A DNA stretch of 63,233 bases, the filler included, from Gonapodya sp. JEL0774 (taxonomy: Eukaryota): the NCBI GenBank assembly GCA_027604505.1. It is 29 parts of 29 records of this genome, joined end to end, with 100 filler letters (N's around TTAATTAATTAA, not from the genome) between each part and the next. Parts side by side here need not be neighbours in the genome. Positions count along the whole stretch, not along the records: positions 50,300 to 52,376 come from JADIIX010002275.1; positions 52,477 to 54,549 come from JADIIX010002276.1; positions 54,650 to 56,721 come from JADIIX010002277.1; positions 56,822 to 58,893 come from JADIIX010002278.1; positions 58,994 to 61,064 come from JADIIX010002279.1; 24 more parts are not named here. One strand, 5' to 3'. Below the pieces are notes generated by a model. That model saw nothing but the letters and a program-made list of their open reading frames with translations. It had not been told where the DNA came from and did not search any database. Positions 50,200 through 61,164 of this stretch are shown piece after piece. How positions within the stretch are numbered: the first letter of the stretch is position 1; every line of letters starts with the position of its first letter. Made by a program: the position numbers and the translations under genes.

Positions 50200-50809
50200 N
50201 NNNNNNNNNNNNNNNNNNNNNNNNNNNNNNNNNNNNNNNNNNNTTAATTAATTAANNNNNNNNNNNNNNNNNNNNNNNNNNNNNNNNNNNNNNNNNNNNG
50301 CACCGAGCAATCTGCCAGAATCTATCCGCCTGACCGTGGATTATGTAAAACATGAATCATGTCAGCAAGCATCGTTTTCTGCGTAGCGTCATTGTGAAGT
50401 GATATACTGGAGGACTAGGATGGATAGGCCACCACTGACTAGTGGCTACGTAGGCAAACAGATGTAGTCGACAATCACGGCTGATCTTTAGTTGAGCAAA
50501 ACTACGTGAGGGCTTATCTTGGTTTGAACGTGGGGCCCATACATATTGCAATGTGGGTGAACAAAAAAATTGGTATGCCTGTAAGTACTTATCCTGCTCA
50601 TCTAGTTGATGCAAACGCTCATTTCAACGACAAGCCATTTGCTTCCGCTCTATTTCATTTATAAAGTCATTGGCGACAAATATCCCCAATTGGGAAAGGG
50701 CAGTGGACCCTGGTCTTGGGGGAAGGGCTAAAACGTGCCAAGTTTTTGGATGGTGTATCCACCGCCACCGGACTATTTCCCTGGCATCGAAACGCACAGT
50801 TGGCTGATC

Positions 50810-52376
50810 ATGGCGCATCGGAGCATGGAAACCCCTCGCCTGTCGTTCTTGATCTCCCTAGGAGCGGCTGTCTCTGCGTTGCTCGCCATCGCGGTCACTC
50901 CCGCCCATGCCGGTATGCAAAAGCGATTCCGCAACGAGAATATATAGAAAAACTCTAAACATCCTGCATTCTCCCATTCTAGTGAACGCTGATGCCATCA
51001 TTCAGGTCACATCGAGCTCCAACTTTTGTCTCATTATGCCTCCTGGTGAGTGGCGAGTGCTTGTGTGGAATGTGACGCTGAGTCACGGTATTCAAACGTA
51101 AACATTCGTCCTGCAGGCCCCAACTTGATAATTTCTGACCACGAGTACGACGCTCTGTCGTACTGTCTGCCTGGCGGTACCATTACTTCGACTGGCGGAA
51201 GGAGGATACCAACCGGGTTTATCACGGCGGCCCACTACGTCCAGACTCCAAACAAGGAGTTCGTCCAGGTTTCCGGAACGTATAACCCCGCTCCATTTGG
51301 ATTGATTCCATCTGATTCGGGAGGTCAGTACGACTCGGACGGCCCGGGGTGTGGTGGATTGGGATGGTGAGTGGCGAAGCCAAGGACGACAAGTACGTGT
51401 TCCGCGCTGATACTTCGATAGCCCGATCGGTTCCATTTGCCAAGGGTACAAGAGTTTCATCGAAATGCTCGGGGGCGGCGAGTACTGCGTCCGTTGCTGC
51501 AACGACAACAAGTGGTGCCCAATAGATCGTGATACCGAGGGATGCTACGCAGTGATGGGTGGGAACTACGGCTCAGGCTTCACCGATGGGCTTGTCAGCT
51601 TGCCGTCGAGTGGTAAGAAATCTGAATCCGGCCAGTCGTGCTTTGCAGCCTTGGAACTAGAGCCAATACATTTGCCCATGATTTTGTTCAGGCACGAACC
51701 TTCCAGACACAGTGGGCACACCAATTGGAACATCTCCACCTCCGCCACCACCTCCAACACCACCTCCACCTTCCACGCCTCCGCCTCCGCCTCCCTCAAC
51801 TCCACCACCACCACCACCACCGCCTTCGTCAGGGTCTCCTTGCGGAAACACGGCGTACTGTGTTGACACGAGCACACTTCCAACCACTGTTTCGGCCTCG
51901 GCAGGCACCTACCAAGTCACGGTGCGTATCTGGACTGCGACTGCCAAGGACATGCTCGTAGAATTGCATCAGGTGGGTGCAGCAATCACTCTGCGCCTCG
52001 CGCAAGTACGCCCTGTCTATCAGTAAACAAGCTGTAATTGTATATTCTTCTGCACTCTCTCGAATTTCGCACAAACCAGAGCACCTCTCTTGCGATCGTT
52101 TCCAATTATGCCTTCAACTCAATCGCCGCATCCACGACAAATGCGTACACAACATACACGTTCAGCCTCACTTGGCCCGCTCTGACCAACCCGCCGTACA
52201 ACTGGTTCGTCTGGATTTCACCTCCTGGCGCTGGTTGGGCTGGCCAAATTTGGAACCAAGTGAGCCTGAAACTTGCTGAACATCCCACACTTGTTAAGAG
52301 TTGCAGATGGTGATACTCACTGAATCTGTATGTCTTTCCAGGTGATTAGTGTTTCCCTCGGCTCCGCGCCGCCTCC
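50810..52376 (+). CDS. Secreted Cys-rich protein (MP88/macrophage-activating glycoprotein-like domain) with polyproline linker and aromatic beta-rich module, multi-exon
   Basis: Signal peptide (LSFLISLGAAVSALLAIAVTPAHA); FCLIMPP; RRIPTGFITAAHY; VQVSG; DSGGQYDS; YCVRCC...CPIDRDTEGCYAVMGGNY; (S/T)PPPPP repeats. Confidence 0.65.
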
Positions 52377-53567
52377 NNNNNNNNNNNNNNNNNNNNNNNN
52401 NNNNNNNNNNNNNNNNNNNNTTAATTAATTAANNNNNNNNNNNNNNNNNNNNNNNNNNNNNNNNNNNNNNNNNNNNCTCGGTCATTTATCCCGACTGGGC
52501 CCCATTCTCGACACCCTCCAGCACGGTAAGTCCGCGCTGCCTTCCATGGCGATCGCAATCGCCTGGTTGGCGGGGGGTGCCGCTCCCTATCTTCCCCTCG
52601 AAGGCTCCCGCCACCTCCCCCTTCCATCGGTCGCTGGGACGTCCTCCGGACATGGATCCCCCCGCTGGGGGCACGGATTCTTGTTCTTTAAGGTATGTTG
52701 TCGTCGCGCTGCTCTTCGGATTCAGTTTTACTGACCGAATCGATGATCGACGACGTGTCCACGCCGTCGATTTTCGACTCGTGACCCCATCCGGTCACGA
52801 GGGCGCGCGGTAGCGGCCTCCCGCCGCTACAGCACAATGCCACATACCTACGGTGTGTGCGGGACATGGCAAATGTTTGCCATCGTCACCCTGGGGCACA
52901 GGGGCAGTGGCGAGAGCCACTGCCCCGGAACGGCCTTTCCTTTGCAAGGATCAGCCGCTCCGCACACCCCCACACCCCGCCCCCCGACCACTGCTCACTA
53001 GAGCTTTGGTCCGAGGGCACGCTCGTTGGGCCATCGGCCTTTCGAGCACCCGTTTCACCCGTCACCCTCCGAGGTGCTAAGGGACGAACGGGACCCCGCC
53101 CAGCCCTTCGGGGCTAGCGCGGGCGGGTTCCACCCCACCCCCACACATTTTGGTGTGTGGCCGGGGTGTTTCCCTTGGGCCGCTCGCGCTTTTGGCGTGA
53201 GTCTCTCGCCCAACCCGTTGGGACTGCGTCCCTCCGGTACCGCACTGCCGGGGTCTTGTCTCTGCGAGACTCGACCTCCTGGCACGTGCAAACCAAATCG
53301 CTCTTGCCCTGGGAAGAGGCTCGAGCGTTTTTGGTGGAGCGTGTGGACATGCGGGTCTTGCACCCCGGTCCCGCCTCTGGCACGCATCATCCACGGGGGA
53401 AACGCTGCGCGTTTTTCCCCGCGATGTACCAGACCGCTCCCAACACTGTTGCTCTACACGGGCACGCGTACTAACCACACCGGCACCCCCCGCCGGTCCC
53501 GTTCTGCGCGTTGCCCGTTGTCATTCGCGTTTCACACCGTCTGACCCCGTCCCGTCCCTCCCAGATC

Positions 53568-54549
53568 ATGTCTCAACATTCTGGCAAGCGCGACCGTGAC
53601 GCGTCTCCTCCCCCGGAGGAGCAACCACCCCGCTCAAAGGCTCGGAGCGATGACGTCTCTATGTCTCGCTCCGACCTCGAAGAACTCTTGGCTCAAGTTG
53701 CCTCTAAGGCCGCCAAGGAAGCCCTCGCGTCCCACGGACCGGCTTCCTCTTCTTCTGCGGTGAGTGTTCTCATCGGGTGTCCCGCACTTTCGCGCTCGCA
53801 CACCCTTCGTACGTCTTGCTGACAGCCCCGGTCCCTTCCCCTAGCCTCTCACGCCTAAGTCCCAGGCGCTTGCAGATGATGCGCGTGACCAAGCGCAGAA
53901 GGAGAAGGACCGCAAATACCAGGCCCTTCAGGCGCGCAAAGCCGCGGAAGCCGCCTCCGCCCCCCCTCGGTCCTCTGCAGCTAAGCTGCTCCGCCAGACC
54001 ATGGATGGCAATCGGGTCCCCATATCCCAGCAAGACAACGGCATCGTGCTCCCGAGTGCCTTCCTCGGAGCCAAGGTCGATCCCCAGCAGCGCGCACTGA
54101 TCCTCACCAGCGCCGCCTCCTCCCTGTCCATCCCACGCGACCGGTCTCCGACTCGCGCCACCCCCACAGCTCTACCCATCATGGTAGACTCTGAGGACGA
54201 CACGGGCATGGATCTCGATCTCAACCCCTTGGATCCCGACACTGACGACACCTCTGAGCGTGGCTCCAACGACGGCGACGAGAGCGAACAGATCTTCGAT
54301 TCCGATGATGACAGTCGATCATCACGCTCCGGCTCCCGCGCCTCCAGCCCCAGTGCCCTGGCCTCCGGCTCCGTCGACCCTTTCTCAGTTGACCCCAACG
54401 AGCCCCTCCCCAACCCGGGGATTGATGTCCACAGTGTGCGCTCTAAGCGCTCGGCTCCGGCCAAGCCAGCCTTCCACCCCCGTATCGCCAAGTTCGCAGG
54501 CCCTTACGGGGATGGCGCCTTCTCCTTCTTCCTGCCCCCCTCAGAAACC
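53568..54549 (+). CDS. Hypothetical low-complexity protein, 5' part (possibly a TE ORF1/gag)
   Basis: MSQHSGKRDRDASPPP..., donor at 53760, then a continuous frame to the contig end with an acidic/Ser tract. Confidence 0.45.
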
Positions 54550-54661
54550 NNNNNNNNNNNNNNNNNNNNNNNNNNNNNNNNNNNNNNNNNNNNTTAATTA
54601 ATTAANNNNNNNNNNNNNNNNNNNNNNNNNNNNNNNNNNNNNNNNNNNNCCTGCTGGAAAG

Positions 54662-56486
54662 ATGGTTCCGTCGCTTGTCATCACGCCAGCGCAAGAGATG
54701 CCTCTCCCATATCCAGGTGGCGAAATCGCCCACGGCAAATTCGGGGACTGGCAGCTTTCCCCCAAAGTCCTCGGAGCTGGCTCTTTCGCCACTGTTCGGA
54801 AGTGTGAGGAGATTCGGACGGGTCTCAAGGTGAGATTTTTCAATGCGCGATGGGTGACATCATGTGCGTATGCGAAGTCAGCACAATTGAGCACCAATCC
54901 AAACTTGCACCACGACAGGCCGTCGCGAAATCTTCTACCATCGCTCCAGACTCTCACGCAAACCACAGGCTCTACGTGTTGAGGTGCGTATGGCGTTTTG
55001 GGGTGGTTTGCCGGGAATAAGACATTTACCCGAGTTTCCATCCACCAGGGAACTTGCAACTTTGACACACCTCACGGCCGTACCACACCCAAACATCGTG
55101 AAGATCTACGATGCTGTTTTGGTTGGTGAAACTGTGCATATCATCCAGGAACGCGTTGAGGGCATGGAGCTGTTTGACTACCTGGTTCGTACTCGACCCG
55201 TCTTCGCATTGTTAATTCAGCCAACTCAGCTTCCAAGTGCCATCGATCTCATATCTTCGCATCCCTTCATGCATTCGAACAACACAGAAACAACAGGGTG
55301 GCCACCTGCCCGTTCACCACGTCCGCTATATCACCGCGCAGCTCCTCTCCGCGCTCCACTTCATGCACTCCCACCACGTTCTCCATCGCGATATCAAGCT
55401 CGACAACGTGCTTATTGACCCTGCGACTCTCCACGTTACCATTATCGACTTTAACCTCTCCACTTTCTACACCGATTCGTCGGAACTGGTCGAGCCTGTT
55501 GGGTGCATCAACTACAGCAGTCCCCAGATTCTCGAGGCAGCGTATGGTAGACCTTACAAGGCTCATATGGGGTGGAGTGACTTATGGGCGCTAGGTGTGA
55601 CAGTTTACGGCATGCTGTGCGGGTGAGTAGTACGGTTCTCCGCATGAATCGCGCGTACATTGCATCCATCTTGCAGCGAATCTCATCTCATGGACTTTTA
55701 AATCCACCTTGTATCAGATTCTTCCCCTTCCGCTCCGAACACGCTCGCAAACTCTACGCGGAACACACTGCCCTCCGCGAGAAGCCTGTGCCCTTTGTCG
55801 GCGAGACACCCATCCACCCCGCAGCACAAGCCTTTGTCCGACGCATCCTTTCTCTCGATTCATTCGGTCGCATTTCTGCTGCAACGCTTCTCTCGGACCC
55901 CTTCATTACTGGCGCAGCCTTCACGGAGGGCCGTCCCGCCGACATTGAGGCGCTCGTCGCACAAACACTCCGCACCGCCGTGGCATACTCCCGCATCGCA
56001 CACCCGTACGACCCTGTTGTCATGAGCATGCCTGATCTCGTATCGCGTGACCTTGCCGTACAGGAGACCAGCATCCGCTTCTTCCTTCATTCCATGTCAC
56101 CGGGCACCACACGACCTCATTTAACAGTTGATTGCGGTCTTGGAACCGTTCTTAAACCACCTTCGTCATCTTCCACCAATCGACGACGCGCGAGCGAGGA
56201 CACAGTCCACGGTGACGACGGCTACGACGACACGCGGTCCGAAGTCACTGTCGACGACCTCTCCCACCACACAGAGCACTCCCACACCGGAACCAACTCA
56301 TATCACGCCGCAGATGACTACGTTCCCTCTCCCACCACCGCAACGGAAGCTGACCCGCCCGCACCATTGAGTTATCCTCCCGCACCGCCTGTGCAGGTCA
56401 TCATCACCGCACCACAACCGGCAGGACGCCGAAGTAGGGCGCGAGCGGGTCGGGCGGATTGGGAGGAGATTATGGTGGCGTCGTGA
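54662..56486 (+). CDS. CAMK-like Ser/Thr protein kinase with atypical DFN and SPQ motifs, multi-exon
   Basis: LGAGSFATV; AVAK; HPNIVKIYD; HRDIKLDN; IIDFNLS; GCINYSSPQ; SDLWALGV. Confidence 0.88.
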
Positions 56487-56821
56487 AGCATAGGGTGTGC
56501 GGCGGGGCCATCCGGGTGGTGGCCCGATGTACATATGTCCAGTTATTGTTGGTTTTGATGTATTCTTTTCACATTATACTGCATATCCATTGCTGCATTG
56601 CATAATTTGAGAAATGAAACGGTGATAAATCTCCATGTCCGTTAACTCCCTTTTGGAGTGCCTTCTGATTAAGATCGAGTCACATTTCGCACAGAACATC
56701 ATGGATACTGAGCATCCACAGNNNNNNNNNNNNNNNNNNNNNNNNNNNNNNNNNNNNNNNNNNNNTTAATTAATTAANNNNNNNNNNNNNNNNNNNNNNN
56801 NNNNNNNNNNNNNNNNNNNNN

Positions 56822-56920
56822 ATCCATTATGACGAATCCGCACCAGTTGTGCCTGACCTGGATCGAGGAGACGGCGACGACGACGACGACGACGACGAAG
56901 GCGATGAAGATCAGGCGTAA
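56822..56920 (+). CDS. Acidic C-terminal end of a truncated ORF
   Basis: IHYDESAPVVPDLDRGDGDDDDDDDEGDEDQA*, open from the contig start; TAA at 56918-56920. Confidence 0.45.
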   Translation: MHYDESAPVVPDLDRGDGDDDDDDDEGDEDQA

Positions 56921-57177
56921 GCATTTGCTGGCATGATACCAGACTTTGTGCTGGCGCAACGGCAACCCTTGTCCTCCTTTGGTCGAGCATAGCCCTCTAT
57001 GAGCTCAATGTTGGGATCAGCTTTTTGACCCGATTGTGAGCCCCATACTCGAGGACCAGGTCCGTTGGAGTCTGAGTTTCTTTCCCCGCCCGAGTTCCAT
57101 GTAACATGGACTGCGCCTACTACAACGCATAGCATGAAAATGACTGCAAGGATGAGAAGCGTATGAATGAGCTGCAT
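56911..57177 (-). CDS. Small 88-aa protein with N-terminal hydrophobic anchor
   Basis: MQLIHTLLILAVIFMLCVVVGAV; intronless; fills the gap between its two neighbouring ORFs. Confidence 0.55.
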   Translation of the reverse strand: MQLIHTLLILAVIFMLCVVVGAVHVTWNSGGERNSDSNGPGPRVWGSQSGQKADPNIELIEGYARPKEDKGCRCASTKSGIMPANAYA

Positions 57178-57213
57178 CGAGATTTTCCTGCTAGGCGATC
57201 ATATCACAAAAAA

Positions 57214-58680
57214 ATGATGGTGATGGCTTTTGGCCACAACAATAATTCATCATCGCGTCTTCCTCTAAAGTCACATGTTGAGGGTTTGCGGACCATTCCT
57301 CAAGATGTTGAAACATTTGTGAGAAACGAAATGTATCCAGCATTCATTGAGACTCCTCTCTCTGTGGACCGGCCACACCAAAACCCAATTTTCTGCGACA
57401 ACGCTGCTACAGGTATTGCAAATGATTACGTTGAGCGAATACTTCGTAAAGATGTTTTACCACTGCTTTCAAACACGCATTCCAACAATTCCATTGGCAG
57501 GCTATGTGCAAACATCGTCGCGTGTGCACGCGATTCCATAAGAGTCCATTTTGGAGCGCCTGAATCCGAATTTGCTGTTCTGTATGCTGGAAACGGTGCA
57601 TCTGGTGCAGTTTTAAAGCTTATGGATCTTCTGGGCGAGAAGGTACTTCGCACAGCAGCTGTCGTTATTTCAGACGTCGAACATTACTCGAACCACTTGC
57701 CCTGGCTACATCGAGCTGCGAGAACTATGGTGTGTCCGACGAGAGCGGATGACGGAATAGTGGATCTTGGGATTTTAGGTTCGTTGCTTTCACAGCTTCG
57801 TCGCGAAGTTGGATACGGGGCACCGCTCATCGTTGCAATGACAGGGTGTTCCAACGTCACCGGAATTGCTCAGCCGGTCCGTGAGATAAGTCGTATTGCA
57901 CATGCTCACAGTGCAATAGTATGTTTCGACCTCGCCGCATCAGCGCCTTACTTGGAATTCAAGGCCTCCTGGGTTCAGGCTGATGCATGTTACTTTTCCC
58001 CACACAAGTTTCCTGGAGGCCACTCCACTCCAGGAGTCCTGATCGTAAGACGCTCTCTGCTTAAGTCCTGCGCACTCGCTTGCGGACGAAAAACTCCCAC
58101 AACACCATGCGGAGGCACTGTTGAAAAGTTTTGCTCCGCATCCGGTGGACCCAAGTACTCTAACGACATAGAGATAGCGGAACAAGGTGGTACAATGAAC
58201 ATCGTAGGTGCAATTCGAATCGCGATCGTTTTGGACCTATTCAGAGGCAATTACGCTCGTTCGATCTCGCACCACGGCCACGCGCTTGCTCGCCTTGGAT
58301 ATGAACTGTTTCGAAATCTCGAACGCACCACACAAGGACGGCTTCGTTTGTTGAATCCGCCCAAGGTGAGCAGCTCTCTCGATAGATGCATACCGACTTT
58401 CGCTCTGAGCATCACAGGTCTACACTACAACTTGGTCGTCGCTATATTGAGTGATCGTTTTGGTATACAGGCGCGTGGAGGGATATCATGCTGTGGTCTA
58501 TTGTCTGAAAAGGAGGGCTTCCAAGGAGGGTGGGTACGATTATCGTTTGGCCCTGGGAATACTGAAGCGGAAGTGGAATATGTTGCAAACGCCATGCAAT
58601 TTATTGTTCTTCACGGTCATTCATTGGCGAAAAGATACACGTTTAACTCCACTAAGAACATTTATTCACTAATTGGATAA
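57214..58680 (+). CDS. Class-V PLP-dependent aminotransferase / cysteine desulfurase-like protein, intronless
   Basis: CDNAATG; SNTHS; EHYSNHLPW; GCSNVTG; FDLAAS; FSPHKFPGG (PLP lysine); EQGGT; FGIQARGGISCC; GWVRLSF. In-frame ATGs at 57163 and 57214, the latter in an A-rich context. Confidence 0.9.
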   Translation: MMVMAFGHNNNSSSRLPLKSHVEGLRTIPQDVETFVRNEMYPAFIETPLSVDRPHQNPIFCDNAATGIANDYVERILRKDVLPLLSNTHSNNSIGRLCANIVACARDSIRVHFGAPESEFAVLYAGNGASGAVLKLMDLLGEKVLRTAAVVISDVEHYSNHLPWLHRAARTMVCPTRADDGIVDLGILGSLLSQLRREVGYGAPLIVAMTGCSNVTGIAQPVREISRIAHAHSAIVCFDLAASAPYLEFKASWVQADACYFSPHKFPGGHSTPGVLIVRRSLLKSCALACGRKTPTTPCGGTVEKFCSASGGPKYSNDIEIAEQGGTMNIVGAIRIAIVLDLFRGNYARSISHHGHALARLGYELFRNLERTTQGRLRLLNPPKVSSSLDRCIPTFALSITGLHYNLVVAILSDRFGIQARGGISCCGLLSEKEGFQGGWVRLSFGPGNTEAEVEYVANAMQFIVLHGHSLAKRYTFNSTKNIYSLIG

Positions 58681-58686
58681 TAAAGA

Positions 58687-58893
58687 AATTCAGGATTGGG
58701 ATGGAGATCACAGATTCTGAAAACTTTTCGAAACCTCAATTCAGGATCTGGATGATTATGGGATCAGAGATTCTGAAACTCTTCGGAAAACTCACACGGG
58801 GTGGGATGGGGATGAGGATGGGATGAAGACTCTGAAACTTTTCGAAGTCTCATCCGGGATCGGGATGAGGATGGGATCAGAGATTCTGAAACT
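58687..58893. repeat. Imperfect tandem array of about 4 units of 51-58 bp, truncated by the contig end
   Basis: Units start at about 58687, 58738, 58794 and 58852. Each has a GGGATGA/GGATC tract and a core GA(T/C)TCTGAAACT(T/C)TTCG. Confidence 0.85.
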
Positions 58894-58993
58894 NNNNNNN
58901 NNNNNNNNNNNNNNNNNNNNNNNNNNNNNNNNNNNNNTTAATTAATTAANNNNNNNNNNNNNNNNNNNNNNNNNNNNNNNNNNNNNNNNNNNN

Positions 58994-61064
58994 GACACCA
59001 CGTACCTTCTCAAGCCATGCATCGAGAAGAGACTCTTCCTCTGCCCAACGCTTTATTGTTGCAGCGTCGATTGGGTCGTTCTCTGTCTGCGAGCCGTCTC
59101 CATATATGCTCTCCACCACCGACGTGGTTTCAGCCCCCATGGATGGTCGTGCCGTATCGATATATGTCTTGCTCAGTTCCTGCTTGAGTCCTTCAACTCC
59201 CGTGACCACGAACTCAAACATTTCCTTGGCAGTCATGCACCGCCAGGCCGATTCGACTTCTTCTTCATCCTCGGAATCGTCTTCGCCCTCCTCTTGCTTC
59301 AGCGTTCCCTCAGCAGCCCCACTATTTTCGAAATTCTCTGAGTTGTTGAGCCCCTCGACTCCCGCGACGCTCTCTCTTGGTTGCTCTCCTTGAGCTTCCT
59401 TCTCGCCGACGCATTTGCCATTAAAGTAAGCCACCAAGTTTGAACAGTCACGTCGCAAGAACTCGAGCGCGTGTGGGTGTTCGGGAGTCACAGACTGGGA
59501 CACGTCGATGATGTACGGGAGGGAGTGGTGGTATCTAAATGTTTGCAGCATGGTGGATTCGGAACGGGATGAGTCCATCAAACGCAGACAACTAAGGGCG
59601 ACCGAGCTTACAGAATATTATACTCGCTCAAATCTCCGTGCACGAGTGCACACCGATGGTACATTTTCCATACCAGCTTGAGAAGTTCCATGTAGCACCG
59701 CCGGTAGTCTGCGGGGGAGAGACTCGGTGCATCTTTTAGCCTTGGGGCCGCACTGCGAAGACAAATGGTAGTGAGCGCTCCTCTATCTTTTAAACAGCTT
59801 CAGCCAGTTACGCCCATCTGCTCTCATTCCGCAACTCACTTTCCCTCACCATCGCCGACCATTTCCATTACCACCACATTACCCCTCACCTCGTACATCT
59901 TGGGTCCCCGCACTCCACCCTTTTCCATCCTTTTTAGATTTCTCGCCTCCTTTTCGGCCCACATGGTCACCATTTTGCGGGTATTGTGTTTTGCATACCC
60001 CTGGCGGAACCGGTGCTCTCCCGAGATGTAGTGGTCCCGCGAGCGGAAGGAGAGTATGGACGTGCGGTAGATTTTTATAGCGAGGGGTTGATTGGTGGTT
60101 GTGAGGGCGTGGTAGACGTTGGCCTTTAAGAGAACCGAGCAATTGTGGTGACCGAGTGGATCCTCCGCAAATATATAGAGGCAACTCCGTCCTTGGAGGA
60201 CTGAGCTCTGTTCAACCCCTTCATAGTCGAAGTGGCAGTGAACCATCTAATACCCTCTGCCTTCGTGGTCTCGACTCTTTATTCCAGTGCACCGTTCTTC
60301 TTTGTCACTCACCTCCTTCCCTGCACTGACACAGCCATTAACTTCTCCTACTACACCCTTTTGCACCATCTTTAGTAATACCGCGCGCGTCCTTTGATCG
60401 AGCACGCTGTCGACGGTCGCACGGTCGGATCGGTCGCGGGTGCGGTTGGCTTCCGCAGCGAGGGTCCGGTTGGAGTGAGATTGAAGGGCACCAACGACAG
60501 ATTGGGAAGTCGATGCGGGGAGGTCGTCTGGCAGTGAAAGTTCATGGGGGGAGTGGAGAGTGAGTGGAGGAATAGTGAGATTTCAGGTCCTACTCGATCT
60601 GTGTGCACCAGCTCAAGAGGTTCCATCAATCACATCCACTCTCAATGAAAATGTCGTATGATCTTGTTCAATCTGCGTCCCGGGGTCTGGTATGCCTCGG
60701 TATCGGTATTCTCGTGTTCCGAGTTTGAAGGAAGCCATATAGAGAACCTACTCACCATCAACATGAATCCTCGCTCCGTACTTTTTGGCCAGCGCTGAAT
60801 ACTGTTTCTCTTTAGCCTCTCGCACCGCCGGTACAGCAGCCTTGTTCTTCACCGGTGTCCGAGCGGTCCCACCGGCGGCTCCTGCTCCAGCGAGCCTCGC
60901 CCCACTATTGCCCACGACCGCCCCACCAGCGACTTCGTTTCTTGCACGATTCAACTTCTTTGTCAGATCCGCTGCGGACCCGCCCACCCCGGAAACCCCA
61001 GCGGAGGAAGGACCATTGTAATCATAGTCATAGTCCAAGTCCAGAGCGTACACATCCCCAGTGT
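58994..61064 (-). CDS. RIO1: RIO1 atypical kinase, internal multi-exon fragment
   Basis: ANVYHA...AIKIYRTSILSFRSRDHYISGEHRFRQGYAKHNTRKMVTMWAEKE; LVHGDLSEYNIL; IIDVSQSVTPEHPHALEFLRRDC. Confidence 0.93.
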
Positions 61065-61164
61065 NNNNNNNNNNNNNNNNNNNNNNNNNNNNNNNNNNNN
61101 NNNNNNNNTTAATTAATTAANNNNNNNNNNNNNNNNNNNNNNNNNNNNNNNNNNNNNNNNNNNN

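Noticed and set aside
58687..58893. CRISPR array
   Set aside because: The inter-core segments resemble each other, the cores vary, and there are no cas genes.
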